From an uncultured Verrucomicrobiae bacterium (GTDB lineage Bacteria; Verrucomicrobiota; Verrucomicrobiia; Chthoniobacterales; UBA10450): a DNA stretch of 64,000 nt. The position numbers and the translations under genes are program-made. Numbering within the stretch: position 1 is the first letter of the stretch; each line of letters begins with the position of its first letter. The DNA lies in the NCBI GenBank assembly GCA_963801815.1, contig CAWDGJ010000002.1, positions 224,001 to 288,000 on the forward strand, given 5' to 3'. The notes under the pieces were generated by a model. The model was not told the origin of the DNA. It did not search any database and saw only the letters and a program-made list of their open reading frames with translations. This document shows positions 10,601 to 21,815 of the stretch, in pieces.

Positions 10601-11445
10601 TCGAGCTCGAGCGTGAGCGCTCGATGGACCGAGTCGAGAGCGGTGACGACATCGATCCGGGCATCATCAAGCAGGTCAAAGTTTACATCGCATCGAAACG
10701 AAAACTTTCAGTTGGCGATAAAATGGCGGGACGCCACGGAAACAAAGGCGTTGTCGCGCGCATCGTTCCGGAAGAAGACATGCCTTTCCTGGCGGACGGG
10801 ACTCCGGTCGAGATCGTCCTCAATCCTCTCGGCGTGCCCAGCCGAATGAACGTCGGCCAGGTTTTAGAAACGCACCTCGGCGTCGCAGCCAAGGCACTCG
10901 GATTCAAAGTCGCGACTCCGGTTTTCGACGGAATCAAAGAAAGCAAGATCCGCGAGTACCTGAAGGACGCGAAGAAGAAGGAAGGATTCAGTTGGGTCCA
11001 GGAAACTGGCAAAGCGAAATTGTTCGACGGCCGCACCGGCGATGCCTTCGATCAGGAAGTTGTCGTTGGCTACATCTACATGATGAAGCTCGGTCACCTG
11101 GTGGCGGACAAAATCCACGCCCGCGCGGTTGGTCCCTATTCACTTGTTACGCAGCAGCCGCTTGGCGGAAAAGCGCAGTACGGCGGTCAACGTTTCGGCG
11201 AGATGGAAGTTTGGGCGCTCGAAGCCTACGGCGCGGCCTACACGTTGCAGGAACTTCTCACTGTGAAGTCGGATGACGTGCAAGGGCGCACCCGCATCTA
11301 CGAGTCGATCGTCAAAGGCGACAACTCGCTCGAAGCCGGCACGCCTGAATCTTTCAACGTGTTGATCAAAGAAATGCAGAGCCTGGGTCTCGACGTGAAA
11401 GTCGGCGGTCAAGCTCCGCAGACAGTTTTCGAACACCTCGGATAA
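7635..11445 (+). CDS. rpoB: RNA polymerase beta subunit (one apparent frameshift near 8976)
   Basis: [62 protein letters not shown]; an extra C in the [13 protein letters not shown] region splits the ORF. Confidence 0.97.
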
Positions 11446-11471
11446 TTTCAGAACATCTACTTGGAGAATAA

Positions 11472-14400
11472 ATGAACGAACATTCCTGGCGTGAGTTAGT
11501 CGGTGAAGAGCGGGCGGTCGGTTTCGACCAGGTCGCGATTGGCGTGGCCTCGAGCGATACGATGCGCTCGTGGAGCAAGGGCGAAGTTAAGAATCCGGAG
11601 ACGATCAATTATCGAACGTTCAAGCCGGAAAAAGGTGGTCTTTTCTGCGAACGCATTTTCGGCCCGACCCGCGACTGGGAGTGCTCGTGCGGAAAATACA
11701 AGCGGATCAAACACAAAGGGGTCATCTGTGATCGTTGCGGCGTCGAAGTGACGCTCGCGCGCGTCCGTCGCGAGCGCATGGGCCATATCGAGCTCGCGGT
11801 CCCCGTTTCGCACATCTGGTTTTATAAGTGCATGCCGTCGCGCATCGGCCTGATGCTCGACATGAGCGCGCGGCAACTCGAGCGCGTTATCTATTATGAG
11901 GATTACATCGTCATCGATCCGGGCAAGACGCCGCTGCAAAAGGCTCAGCTCCTGAACGAAGTCGAATATCGCGAAGCGCAGGAACAGTATGGCGAAGATT
12001 TCGTCGCCGGGATGGGTGCGGAAGCGGTAAAAAAACTTTTGAGCGAGATCGACCTCAACAAGCTCAACAAAGAGCTTGAGAAAGCGATGGGCGCGACCAA
12101 GTCGAAACAGATTCGCAAGAAACTCGCGAAGCGTTTGAAACTCGTGCAGGGCTTCATGTCCTCTCACGCGCGACCGGAATGGATGATCCTCGATGTGCTG
12201 CCGGTGATTCCACCGGATCTCCGGCCGCTCGTTCCGCTGGAAGGCGGACGGTTCGCGACTTCAGACCTGAATGATCTCTATCGTCGCGTCATCAACCGAA
12301 ACAATCGTCTCAAAAACCTACTCCAGTTAAAAACGCCGGACGTCATCATTCGAAACGAAAAACGAATGTTGCAAGAAGCGGTCGACGCCTTGTTCGACAA
12401 CGGCCGTCACGGCCGCGCTGTTACCGGCGCGGGCAATCGTCCACTAAAATCACTCTCCGATATGCTCAAGGGCAAGGGCGGACGTTTCCGTCAGAATTTG
12501 CTCGGTAAGCGCGTCGATTACTCGGGACGATCGGTCATCGTCATCGGTCCGGAATTGAAACTGCATCAATGCGGTTTGCCGAAAAAGATGGCTCTCGTTT
12601 TGTTCGAGCCGTTCATCATTCGCCGGCTCAAAGACCTCGGCTATGTCCACACCGTGCGCAGCGCCAAGAAAATGATCGAGCGCCAGACGCCGGAAGTTTG
12701 GGACATTCTCGACGAAGTGACACGCGGACATCCCGTTTTGCTAAACCGCGCACCGACGCTGCATCGATTGTCTATCCAGGCGTTCGAGCCGCAGCTGATT
12801 GAGGGCGAGGCGATCCGCATTCACCCGCTCGTTTGCACCGCCTACAACGCAGACTTCGATGGCGACCAGATGGCGGTCCACGTGCCACTTTCGGTCGAAG
12901 CACAACTCGAGGCGCGCATGCTGATGCTCGCACCGAACAACATTTTCTCGCCGTCGAGCGGCAAACCGATCACGACACCGTCGCAGGACATCACGCTCGG
13001 TTGTTATTACATGACCCAGAATCCGCGCGGCGGGAAAAAGGACGCCCGTTTGCCGTTGTTCGCCGAGCCAGTCGAAGTGGAATTCGCCATGGCCGAGGGA
13101 ACAATCAAAACCCACGATCGTATTCGCTTCAAAAATCCGGATTTCGGCAAACAGACCGTTTTCGGAAGGGGCGATGTCAAGGTCATTGAAACGACCGCGG
13201 GTAGAGTCATCTTCAATCAGATCTGGCCGAAGGAACTTGGTTTCTTCAACAAGGCGGCTGGCAAGAAACAGCTCAGCGACATCATTTGGCGTTGTTACCA
13301 AGTCGCGGGACCCGCCGCCACCGTCGCGACGCTCGACAAATTGAAAGAGCTCGGATTCACCGAAGCGACACGCGCGGGCATCTCAATTGGGATTTCGGAC
13401 ATGATTATTCCGAAGGAGAAAGAGACCGAGCTGGAGAATGCCTACAAACAGATCCGTCAGGTCGAGCAGCAATATCGCAAAGGCATCATCACGGACGGCG
13501 AGCGTTACAACAAGATCATCGATATCTGGACGCACGCCGGCGACGAAATCTCGAACGTCATGTTCCGCACTCTGGAACACAACGACGGTCGCAAGGAATT
13601 GAACCCGGTTTATTTGATGGTCGATTCCGGTGCGCGAGGAAATCGTCAACAGGTCCGTCAGCTCGCAGGTATGCGCGGTTTGATGGCGAAGCCGAGCGGC
13701 GAAATTATCGAACGCCCGATCACCTCGAACTTCCGCGAAGGTTTGAGTGTGCTCGAGTACTTCATTTCAACTCACGGCGCGCGCAAAGGTTTGGCCGACA
13801 CGGCGCTCAAGACCGCCGACTCTGGTTATCTTACCCGCAAGCTGGTTGATGCCGCACAGGACGTCATCATCAACATGGAGGATTGCGGCACGGTTAACGG
13901 CATCGTCGTTCGCTCGATTTACGAGGGCGACGAGGAAGTTGTCGATCTTGGCCAGCGGATCATCGGCCGCGTGAGCTGCGAAACGATCGCGGACCCAGTC
14001 GACAAGAAAAAGAAGATCGTCAAAGCGAACCAGCTCATCGACGAGAAAATTGCGGCGGAGTTGCAGCGCATCGGCGTCGAGAGTTTGAAGATTCGGTCGG
14101 TGCTGACCTGCGAATGCGGACGCGGCGTTTGCGGAATGTGTTACGGACGCAATCTCGCTACCGGACAGTTTGTCAAGATGGGTGAAGCGGTCGGAATTAT
14201 CGCAGCTCAATCCATCGGCGAGCCGGGAACGCAGCTGACGATGCGGACATTCCACATCGGCGGAACCGCCAGCCAGACATTCAAGCAACCGATCATCAAG
14301 GCTAAAAATGACGGTCGAGTGCAATTCAACGATCTGCGCACAGTGCAGGCATTGGATGGCAGCTGGATCGTGCTGAGCAAGAACGGTTCGATCAGCGTCC

Positions 14401-15587
14401 ATAACGCTGAGGGCCGCGAGCTCGAGCGCTACAACGTAGTGATCGGTTCGATGATTTCGAAAGACGACGGCACCAACGTGAAGAAGGGCGAAACGTTCGT
14501 GCAATGGGATCCGTACAACGTGCCGATTCTGACCGACAAGAGCGGCAAGATTGAATTCCGCGACATGATCGCGGGAGTCACGATCAAGCGTGACGTCGAC
14601 GAAGCGACCGGCCTCATGGGCACCGTCATCATCGAGCATAAGGAAGACTTGCACCCGCAGATCGTGATTGTGGGCGACAAGAAGGAAGTGCTCGCCAGCT
14701 ATTCAATCCCGGCGGGCGCGCACGTTATCGTCGAAGAAGATCAAAAGATTCGCGCGGGCGCGTTGCTCGCGAAGACTCCGCGAAAAGTCGCCAAGACCAA
14801 GGACATCACTGGTGGTCTGCCGCGAGTTGCCGAATTGTTCGAAGCGCGTCGCCCGAAAGACGCTGCCGAGATCGCCAAGATCGACGGCATTGTCGAAATG
14901 GGCGGCACCGTCCGCGGCAAACGTCGTTTGATTCTGAAGGATCCGGGGACCGGCGCCGAAGAAGAGCATCTCATTTCGCTGACCAAGCACATCATTGTCT
15001 TCAAGGGCGACTTCGTGAAGAAGGGTCAACAGTTGACCGAAGGGCCAATTGTTCCGCACGAGATTCTCGAGGTCTGCGGACCGCAGGAATTGCAGGAACA
15101 CCTCGTGAACGAAGTGCAGGAAGTTTATCGACTCCAAGGCGTCGAGATTAATGACAAGCACATCGAGATCATTGTGCGCCAAATGTTGCGCAAGGTGAAA
15201 ATCACCGATCCGGGTGACACTTCGTTGCTCTGGGGGGATCAGGTCGACAAGCTCGACTTCGAGCAAGAGAACCAACAAGTCGTCGAGAAGGGCGGCAAGC
15301 CGGCGGAAGCGGTTCCGGTGTTACTTGGCATCACCAAGGCGTCGCTCGAAACCGACAGCTTTATTTCAGCCGCATCGTTCCAGGACACCACGCGCGTGCT
15401 CACCGAAGCCGCGACGCTCGGCAAGGTCGATCGTCTCCGAGGATTCAAAGAGAACGTGATCATGGGTCACTTGATCCCGGCGGGCACCGGATTCCCTGCG
15501 CATCGCGAAGTGCGGCTCATCGAAAAGGGCGAGCCAATCGGCGCACCAGCGATGGACGAAGCCGAAATGGCTCCAGCGATCGGATAA
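11472..15587 (+). CDS. rpoC: RNA polymerase beta' subunit
   Basis: Catalytic NADFDGD motif, N-terminal Zn finger, [12 protein letters not shown]. Confidence 0.99.
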   Translation: MNEHSWRELVGEERAVGFDQVAIGVASSDTMRSWSKGEVKNPETINYRTFKPEKGGLFCERIFGPTRDWECSCGKYKRIKHKGVICDRCGVEVTLARVRRERMGHIELAVPVSHIWFYKCMPSRIGLMLDMSARQLERVIYYEDYIVIDPGKTPLQKAQLLNEVEYREAQEQYGEDFVAGMGAEAVKKLLSEIDLNKLNKELEKAMGATKSKQIRKKLAKRLKLVQGFMSSHARPEWMILDVLPVIPPDLRPLVPLEGGRFATSDLNDLYRRVINRNNRLKNLLQLKTPDVIIRNEKRMLQEAVDALFDNGRHGRAVTGAGNRPLKSLSDMLKGKGGRFRQNLLGKRVDYSGRSVIVIGPELKLHQCGLPKKMALVLFEPFIIRRLKDLGYVHTVRSAKKMIERQTPEVWDILDEVTRGHPVLLNRAPTLHRLSIQAFEPQLIEGEAIRIHPLVCTAYNADFDGDQMAVHVPLSVEAQLEARMLMLAPNNIFSPSSGKPITTPSQDITLGCYYMTQNPRGGKKDARLPLFAEPVEVEFAMAEGTIKTHDRIRFKNPDFGKQTVFGRGDVKVIETTAGRVIFNQIWPKELGFFNKAAGKKQLSDIIWRCYQVAGPAATVATLDKLKELGFTEATRAGISIGISDMIIPKEKETELENAYKQIRQVEQQYRKGIITDGERYNKIIDIWTHAGDEISNVMFRTLEHNDGRKELNPVYLMVDSGARGNRQQVRQLAGMRGLMAKPSGEIIERPITSNFREGLSVLEYFISTHGARKGLADTALKTADSGYLTRKLVDAAQDVIINMEDCGTVNGIVVRSIYEGDEEVVDLGQRIIGRVSCETIADPVDKKKKIVKANQLIDEKIAAELQRIGVESLKIRSVLTCECGRGVCGMCYGRNLATGQFVKMGEAVGIIAAQSIGEPGTQLTMRTFHIGGTASQTFKQPIIKAKNDGRVQFNDLRTVQALDGSWIVLSKNGSISVHNAEGRELERYNVVIGSMISKDDGTNVKKGETFVQWDPYNVPILTDKSGKIEFRDMIAGVTIKRDVDEATGLMGTVIIEHKEDLHPQIVIVGDKKEVLASYSIPAGAHVIVEEDQKIRAGALLAKTPRKVAKTKDITGGLPRVAELFEARRPKDAAEIAKIDGIVEMGGTVRGKRRLILKDPGTGAEEEHLISLTKHIIVFKGDFVKKGQQLTEGPIVPHEILEVCGPQELQEHLVNEVQEVYRLQGVEINDKHIEIIVRQMLRKVKITDPGDTSLLWGDQVDKLDFEQENQQVVEKGGKPAEAVPVLLGITKASLETDSFISAASFQDTTRVLTEAATLGKVDRLRGFKENVIMGHLIPAGTGFPAHREVRLIEKGEPIGAPAMDEAEMAPAIG

Positions 15588-15606
15588 GGTCCGAGCCGGG
15601 CTGGCA
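15588..15606 (+). repeat. Dispersed 18-19 bp motif GGTCCGAGCCGGGCTGGCA (copy 1 of 3)
   Basis: Near-identical copies at 18373-18390 (+) and 37447-37465 (-). Confidence 0.65.
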
Positions 15607-15668
15607 CTATCAAACAAATGTGGAATGTCGAATTGGCGCGAGCTGGTTCGACATTCTTGTTTTAGGCG

Positions 15669-16202
15669 ATGTCGATCGTAACCAAAACCGGCGACCAGGG
15701 CGAAACCTCGCTCATGTACGGGCGACGCGTTCCGAAAGACGATCCGCGGGTTGAAGCTTACGGCGCAGTTGACGAGCTGACTGCTGCACTTGGTCGCACG
15801 CGCGCGAGTTCGGACGACGAATTCGTGACCAAGCAAATCTTCGCGGTTCAACAGGACCTTATTAACGTGATGGGGGAATTGTCCACGTTACCGGAAGATC
15901 GACAACGGTATGTGCAAGATGGCTTTCAAGTCGTGGATGCCAAGATCGTTGACCGCGTCACCGCCGTCATTGTCGATCTTGAAAAGGACAAATCGCTTTA
16001 CCCGAAGGACTGGGTCATTCCAGGAGCGAATGCGGTTTCTGCGGCGCTTGACCTCGCCCGAACAACCTGCCGCCGCGCTGAGAGGCGCGTAGCATCGTTG
16101 AAAGACCCGAATCCCGAAATCCTGCGTTACCTCAACCGGCTGTCGGATTTTTGCTGGATTCTGGCCCGGTTTTGCGAGCGAAAAGCCAAGGCAAAAAGGT
16201 GA
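15669..16202 (+). CDS. ATP:cob(I)alamin adenosyltransferase (PduO type)
   Basis: IVTKTGDQGET, RVEAYGAVDEL, ARTTCRRAERR, YLNRLSD. Confidence 0.93.
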   Translation: MSIVTKTGDQGETSLMYGRRVPKDDPRVEAYGAVDELTAALGRTRASSDDEFVTKQIFAVQQDLINVMGELSTLPEDRQRYVQDGFQVVDAKIVDRVTAVIVDLEKDKSLYPKDWVIPGANAVSAALDLARTTCRRAERRVASLKDPNPEILRYLNRLSDFCWILARFCERKAKAKR

Positions 16203-16283
16203 TTTATTCCGGTTGCGTTTACCCTTCGTTTATAGCATCTTCCCCGTCCGCCGTTCCCCCTGCCTCGCGGCGGTCATTTTTGT

Positions 16284-17017
16284 ATGGCAAACCCAGTTGA
16301 ATTAGTGCCCGAGCTTTTGGAAGCGGGCGTGCATTTCGGTCACCAGACCAAGCGCTGGAACCCGAAGATGAAGCCGTTCATCTTCGAGGAGCGCAACCAG
16401 ATTTACATCATCAATCTCGATGAGACCGTGAAACAGCTTCATCGCGCGACGGAATTTCTTCAGGATGTCGCGCGCCGCGGCGGAAAGATTCTTTTCGTCG
16501 GCATGCAAGAAACAGGCCCAGGAAGCGATCAAGGAAGCAGCGCTGGCATGCGGACAGTTTTATGTGAACCAACGCTGGCTCGGCGGAACGTTGACGAACC
16601 TAACGACTATTCGCAAGAGCATCGGCCGGCTCAAATACATCGAACAGATCGAGCAATCGCCCGAATACAAAAAGATGGGCAAGCAGGAACTGGCGGCGTT
16701 GAATCGCGAGGCCGCAAAACTTGCGCCGTAATCTGGAGGGAATTCTCGAGATGGCGCAATTGCCGGATGCGGTTGTCATCATCGATACGACGCGCGAACA
16801 AAACGCGGTGAATGAAGCGAAACGGCTCGACATTCCCGTCGTCGCGATTGTCGACACCAATGCCGATCCGGACATGATCGATTACCCGATTCCGGGCAAC
16901 GATGATGCGATTCGCGCGATTCGGATTGTTCTGCAAAAGCTTGTCGATGCAATTGTTTCGGCGAGCGGCGAAGCGCGCATTCGCGAGCAAATCGAGATGG
17001 CCGGCGTGTCCGCCTAG
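16284..17017 (+). CDS. rpsB: 30S ribosomal protein S2 (two apparent frameshifts, near 16503 and 16722)
   Basis: [52 protein letters not shown] across successive frames. Confidence 0.96.
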
Positions 17018-17023
17018 CTAACT

Positions 17024-17099
17024 TAGTTGATCGTCGTTAGTTGATAGAACTAACGGCGAACGCGAGTTACCGAAACTATCAACAATCAACTTTCAACTA
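17024..17099. repeat. 7-nt-period inverted repeat (TAGTTGA/TCAACTA type) in the rpsB-tsf spacer
   Basis: tagttga-tcgtcgt-tagttga-tag ... ctatcaa-caatcaa-ctttcaa-cta. Confidence 0.7.
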
Positions 17100-17112
17100 T
17101 TAACATCCCCGA

Positions 17113-17730
17113 ATGAGTATCAAGACCGCTATCGATCCCAAAGTCGTCAAACAACTCCGCGAAAAAACCAACGCGGGCATGATGGATTGCAAACGCGCTC
17201 TTGAAGAAGCCGGCGGCGATTTCGACAAAGCCGAAACGATTTTGCGCACAAAAGGGATTGCCAGCGCCAGCCAGAAGGCGTCCCGCGCGACCAAGGAAGG
17301 GATCGTCGCCTCCTACATTCATTTGCAGGGCAAAGTCGGCGTGCTCGTGGAAGTGAATTGCGAGACGGATTTCGTCGCCAAGAACGAGAATTTCCGTAGC
17401 TTTGTGAAGGACATCACGCTTCATATCGCGGCTGCGCACCCGCTTTACGTGAGCCGTGAAGAAGTGCCGGGAAAATTGGTCGAGGCCGAACGCGAAATTT
17501 ACAAGGCGCAGGTCAAAGGCAAGCCCGCGAATGTGACGGACAAGATTGTCGAAGGAAAACTCGACAAGTTTTACAGTACGGTCTGTTTACTGGAACAAGG
17601 GTTCATCAAAAATCCCGATGACACGATCAAAGATTTGCTGAGCTCTAAGATTGCAGAGCTGGGCGAGAACATCGTTATCCGACGGTTCACCCGCTATTTG
17701 GTGGGCGAACCGCTCGCGAGCGAAGGGTGA
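17113..17730 (+). CDS. tsf: Elongation factor Ts (short form)
   Basis: VKQLREKTNAGMMDCKRAL, VEVNCETDFVAKN, GENIVIRRFTRY. Confidence 0.98.
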   Translation: MSIKTAIDPKVVKQLREKTNAGMMDCKRALEEAGGDFDKAETILRTKGIASASQKASRATKEGIVASYIHLQGKVGVLVEVNCETDFVAKNENFRSFVKDITLHIAAAHPLYVSREEVPGKLVEAEREIYKAQVKGKPANVTDKIVEGKLDKFYSTVCLLEQGFIKNPDDTIKDLLSSKIAELGENIVIRRFTRYLVGEPLASEG

Positions 17731-17786
17731 TTGTCGATCTTCGAAGCGACTTTGATCTCATCGAACCGCGATTAGATTTGCGGTAG

Positions 17787-19505
17787 ATGGGTCTCAAGAA
17801 ATATAAAGCGAAGCGCGACTTTTCGAAAACCGCCGAACCGAGCGGCGGTAAACCACTCCCCAAGCAGGTGCGCGGCGCGTGCCGCTTCGTGATTCAAAAA
17901 CACGCGGCCCGTCGGTTGCACTACGATTTCCGGCTCCAGATGGAGGGTGTTTTGAAGTCCTGGGCGTTGCCGAAAGGACTTCCATGGCAGCAGGGCGAAA
18001 AGCATCTCGCGGTCGAGGTCGAAGATCATCCAATCGAATACGAAGGTTTCGAGGGGATAATTCCTGAGGGCCAGTACGGCGGGGGCACGGTGATGGTTTG
18101 GGACCGTGGCGCCTATTACGTCTACGGCGAGCAACCAGTGAAATCACTTCGCGACGGAAAACTTCATCTCGTTCTCGCCGGCGAAAAGGCGCAAGGCGAA
18201 TGGACGCTGGTTCGAATTCGCGGGCGGGACGGCGAAAAGAATACCTGGTTGATTATGAAAACGGGTGCGAGCACGAAGCAGCCGTCGAAGAAACTGGAAG
18301 ACCAATCGGTCAAAACTGGCCGCACCATGAAACAGATTGCCGAGCAACGCGACGCCGAATGGGAATCCAATCGGTCCGAGCCGGACGGGCTCAAAGACAC
18401 CAGTGCAAAATCCACCTTGAACACGCGAATCAAGGCCGCGCTTAAAAAAAAAGACCAAGAACAAGACGACGGTGAGACGGCGTCCGACGCGACAGCGTTG
18501 CTAAAAAAACTTCCTTCGGCGAAACCGCGTTTTGTCGAGCCGATGAAAGCGCGATTGCTCGACGACCCTCCCACTCATGATAATTGGCTTTACGAACTCA
18601 AATTCGACGGCATCCGCGCGATCGCGGTCAAAGATGGCGGCAAAGTTTCGTTAATCTCACGCAACGGTAATAAACTCGATGCGCGTTTTCCCGAGATTTG
18701 CGATGCCGTAAAAAACTTGCCCGTCGAAGACTGCGTGATCGATGGAGAAGTCGTCGCGTTGGATGACGAAGGGCGGTCGTCATTTCAACTCTTACAGGCG
18801 TTGGAAATGGAGGGGCGAAAAGCCCCGTTGCGGTTTTACGTTTTTGACCTTCTGCAGCTAAATGGCAAAAGTTTGCTCGAGCTGCCAGTCGAACAACGCA
18901 AACGAGTTCTCGCGCAACTCGGCGAGGGCGTTGGCGATCCAGTTCGCTATTCCAGCGAAATCGCAGGCGACGTGAACACCCTTCTCACGGAAGTAAAACG
19001 ACGGGGCTTGGAAGGATTGATTGGCAAGCAGCGTGGTTCGAAATACCAGCCCGGACGCCGAAGCGGCGCGTGGATAAAACTAAAGAGTCTCAACGAGCAG
19101 GAATTCGTTATCGGCGGCTACACGCCGCCGGCCGGGTCCCGAAAACATTTCGGTGCGATCCTGGTCGGCTATTACGACAATGGAAAAAAAGGAAGAGACA
19201 ATCGTCTCAAATTTGCCGGCAAGGTCGGCAGCGGTTTCACCGAAAAATCACTATCCACGTTGCACAGGAAATTTCGCGACGAACAGAGCGATGATTGTCC
19301 GTTTGTCGATCTGCCGTCGAAAGAAGGTGGGGCATGGGTCCAAGGCATCACGCCATCGATGATGCAAAAGATGCACTGGGTGAATCCGAAATTCGTCGCC
19401 CAAATCAAATTCGCCGAGTGGACGAGGGACGGCAAGCTACGGCAGCCAGTGTTTCTTGGCCTGCGTGATGACAAGGATGCTCGCAGCGTCCGCAAAGAAG
19501 GCTAG
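17787..19505 (+). CDS. ligD: NHEJ DNA ligase D (3'-phosphoesterase and ligase domains, no polymerase domain)
   Basis: FVIQKHAARRLHYDFRL (PE domain); YELKFDGIR, DGEVV, EGLIGK, WIKLK, EWTRDGKLRQPVFLGLR (ligase domain). Confidence 0.95.
   Translation: MGLKKYKAKRDFSKTAEPSGGKPLPKQVRGACRFVIQKHAARRLHYDFRLQMEGVLKSWALPKGLPWQQGEKHLAVEVEDHPIEYEGFEGIIPEGQYGGGTVMVWDRGAYYVYGEQPVKSLRDGKLHLVLAGEKAQGEWTLVRIRGRDGEKNTWLIMKTGASTKQPSKKLEDQSVKTGRTMKQIAEQRDAEWESNRSEPDGLKDTSAKSTLNTRIKAALKKKDQEQDDGETASDATALLKKLPSAKPRFVEPMKARLLDDPPTHDNWLYELKFDGIRAIAVKDGGKVSLISRNGNKLDARFPEICDAVKNLPVEDCVIDGEVVALDDEGRSSFQLLQALEMEGRKAPLRFYVFDLLQLNGKSLLELPVEQRKRVLAQLGEGVGDPVRYSSEIAGDVNTLLTEVKRRGLEGLIGKQRGSKYQPGRRSGAWIKLKSLNEQEFVIGGYTPPAGSRKHFGAILVGYYDNGKKGRDNRLKFAGKVGSGFTEKSLSTLHRKFRDEQSDDCPFVDLPSKEGGAWVQGITPSMMQKMHWVNPKFVAQIKFAEWTRDGKLRQPVFLGLRDDKDARSVRKEG
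18373..18390 (+). repeat. Dispersed 18-bp motif GGTCCGAGCCGGACGGGC (copy 2 of 3), inside the ligD linker
   Basis: Matches the copies at 15588 and 37447; encodes part of RSEPDG in the PE-ligase linker. Confidence 0.55.
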
Positions 19506-19540
19506 TGGCCGGCCTGAGTCCGCGAGGGTCACCGAATCAA

Positions 19541-19627
19541 TGGACACGCGACGGGAAATTACGCCAACCCGTGTTTCTCGGCCTTCGCGAGGATAAGAAC
19601 GCCCGGGAAGTCGTTAGGGAAAAGTAA
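19541..19627 (+). pseudogene. Relic 3' end of a second LigD-type ATP-dependent ligase
   Basis: Translates to WTRDGKLRQPVFLGLREDKNAREVVREK*, nearly the same as the ligD C-terminus but with different synonymous codons. Confidence 0.85.
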
Positions 19628-19767
19628 ATCGCGCGACCCAAGCCCGAAGCCTAACAGATCGGAACACTTCGTGCTCAGGGAGTTGGCCGTGGAAGTTATT
19701 GACAATTGTTCACAATTAGCGGAAATGGCACTCCCACGCCTGGTCTAACGAGAAAAGGAGATCGATT

Positions 19768-20625
19768 ATGCGTCCAACCTGGAAAGGCAGCATCAGCTTC
19801 GGCCTGGTCTATATCCCGATCGCGGTCTATCCGGCCACCCGCGAAGAAAAGCTCAGCTTTAGGCAATTACGCAAGACCGACCTGAGCCCTATCAAATACA
19901 AAAAGGTGGCCGAGGCGGACATGAAAGAAGTTCCCGCTGACCAAATCGTCAAAGGTTACGAATATGAAAAGGGCCGCTACATCATCCTAAGCGATGAGGA
20001 TTTCGAAAAAGTGAGGATCGAATCCACTCACTCGATCGACATCACCGATTTTGTGGACCTGGAACACGTAGATCCAAAGTTTTTCTATAAGCCGTACTTC
20101 CTCGAGCCACAGAAGGGCGGCGAAAAAGCCTATGCACTCTTGCACAAAGCGCTCAGCGGCACGGGCAAGATCGGGATCGCCAAAGTCGTGATCGCAAACC
20201 GCGAATATCTGGCGGCGGTGAAGCCGGATGGATTGTTCTTGGTTCTCGAGCTCATGCATTTCGCAAGTGAAGTGCTGAAACCAGAAGAGTTGAATCGCCC
20301 CAAAACGGACTTGAACGACAAAGAGCTCAAGATGGCGAACGCCCTAATTGAGAGCATGTCGTCCGACTGGAAGCCCGAAAAATATCGAGACGAATATCGC
20401 GATGCAGTCATGGAAATGATCGAAACGAAGGCGAAGAACAAGCAACTTCCGCCCGCACCATCGGCAGCTCCGCGCAGCACGAATGTCGTAGACCTGGTAA
20501 AGGTACTGCAGGAAAGCATCAACCGGTCGCAATCCGTTCGAGTAAAACGCAGCGGCAATGGCGCCAGCGGCCGGCGAAGATCGGCATCCGCTTTGGTAAA
20601 ACAGAAACGTCGCGCGGCCGCGTAA
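19768..20625 (+). CDS. ku: NHEJ Ku protein
   Basis: MRPTWKGSISFGLVYIP, IVKGYEYEKG, NVVDLVKVL, basic C-terminal tail; AGGAG ribosome-binding site. Confidence 0.97.
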   Translation: MRPTWKGSISFGLVYIPIAVYPATREEKLSFRQLRKTDLSPIKYKKVAEADMKEVPADQIVKGYEYEKGRYIILSDEDFEKVRIESTHSIDITDFVDLEHVDPKFFYKPYFLEPQKGGEKAYALLHKALSGTGKIGIAKVVIANREYLAAVKPDGLFLVLELMHFASEVLKPEELNRPKTDLNDKELKMANALIESMSSDWKPEKYRDEYRDAVMEMIETKAKNKQLPPAPSAAPRSTNVVDLVKVLQESINRSQSVRVKRSGNGASGRRRSASALVKQKRRAAA

Positions 20626-20692
20626 TTGTAGCGACCCTCTGGCGACTTCTCAGGGCCAAAGGCGCATCTTCAAGCAGATCGCCGCTACAATT
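20624..20692. repeat. GTAG-type REP-like element
   Basis: Terminal inverted repeat AATTGTAGCG...CGCTACAATT between convergent genes. Confidence 0.6.
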
Positions 20693-20693
20693 T

Positions 20694-20823
20694 CAAACTC
20701 GAAATCCGAATTTCGAAATCCGAAACAATTTCGGAAAATCGAATATTTGAATTGCTGTTGTTCCCGTTTTGACATTCGACATTCGTGCTTGTTTCGAGCT
20801 TCGGTATTCGACATTCGAATTTG
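20694..20823. repeat. 7-nt-period hairpin element (TTCGAAA/ATTCGAC type), copy A
   Basis: aaatccgaatttcgaaatccgaaacaat ... ttgtttcgagcttcggtattcgacattcgaattt; homologous to 27395-27519. Confidence 0.75.
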
Positions 20824-20848
20824 AGAGTGCTTTCCCGGTATCCGGAAC

Positions 20849-21805
20849 TTAATCTGGCTGTTCAACCATTGCCTGCACACGTTGCACCATGGCCACGGCC
20901 GCCATCAGCACGAGTCCGGCGACAATTTGATGCGGGCGCAAACCCGCATGGAAGAACCCCCAGGTGATACCGACGGCGGCGAGTGTCTGCATCATTTCAA
21001 AATAACCGGCGGTGGATGCACGGGTGAGACGCAGACCTTCGAAATAAATCAGAAGCGGAATACCGCCGGAAATTGAAGCCAGCAGGAACAACAATCCAGC
21101 CGCTTGGAAAGCATGAGTCTGCGCAGCCGCGGGCCAAAGCGCAGCGCCCCGCAGTTTGCCATAACCGATCAATATCAGCGTCATACACGCCAAGCCCACG
21201 ACGATTCGCATTGCGGCTGCGAGCCGCAGGGGCATTTGCATCATGACGCCGCGCCCAGCGACTGTAGAACCACCCCAAAATAAAGCACAGATGAGCGCGT
21301 AGCCTGTTCCAATGGTAAGACCCGCACTCTTAAATGAAATTCCGATCAGTGCGGGATATTCGACCGACAGGAAAATACCGGCAATGATCGCAATCGCTGC
21401 GTATGGAAAAAATCGCCGCGCAAGCCGATCTCCAAAAAGCAGAAAGCCGCCCAAGGTGGAGATGATTGGTTGAATATTTAAGACGACGTTTACGACAGTC
21501 GGGTTTCCGTGCTTGAGCGCGAGTGTAAAGAAAATGGTTCCAACCGCGGAACCGGCGAACCCCGAAAATAGCAAGTAGCCCCATGTCTTACTGTCGATTT
21601 GGCGAAGCTCGCCCAGGTTCGGAAGAAGCAGCGGCAGAAACATGATCAAAATGAGAACGTGCTCCCAGAAGACAATAACTTCGGCATCGAATAACTGATT
21701 GAGCGGGATGCGCCATGCGCTTTCGGTGCCCCACAACGCCGCGCCTAAAGCTACCAGCCATGGCCCGTAAGCTGGAGAGCGAGCCGGCGCGGTTTCGGAT
21801 CTCAT
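20849..21805 (-). CDS. EamA/DMT family transporter
   Basis: About 10 hydrophobic segments, ALWGT, NIQPIISTLGGFLLFGDRL, YFEGLR; start approximate. Confidence 0.88.
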   Translation of the reverse strand: MRSETAPARSPAYGPWLVALGAALWGTESAWRIPLNQLFDAEVIVFWEHVLILIMFLPLLLPNLGELRQIDSKTWGYLLFSGFAGSAVGTIFFTLALKHGNPTVVNVVLNIQPIISTLGGFLLFGDRLARRFFPYAAIAIIAGIFLSVEYPALIGISFKSAGLTIGTGYALICALFWGGSTVAGRGVMMQMPLRLAAAMRIVVGLACMTLILIGYGKLRGAALWPAAAQTHAFQAAGLLFLLASISGGIPLLIYFEGLRLTRASTAGYFEMMQTLAAVGITWGFFHAGLRPHQIVAGLVLMAAVAMVQRVQAMVEQPD

Positions 21806-21815
21806 CGCAGTCGGG

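Noticed and set aside
7635..11445. Split rpoB as a real two-gene arrangement or pseudogene
   Set aside because: A single extra base falls in a universally conserved motif of an essential gene, amid many similar indels; sequencing error is far more likely.
7638..15278. Long antisense ORFs over rpoB and rpoC (also over tuf, hppA and alaS)
   Set aside because: Shadow ORFs expected from GC-rich codon bias; no protein motifs.
16284..17017. Programmed frameshifting in rpsB
   Set aside because: Two separate indels with no clear recoding signal; same error pattern as elsewhere.
20694..20823. CRISPR array in the TTCGAA-rich tracts
   Set aside because: Period is 7 nt with no unique spacers, and there are no cas genes in the window.
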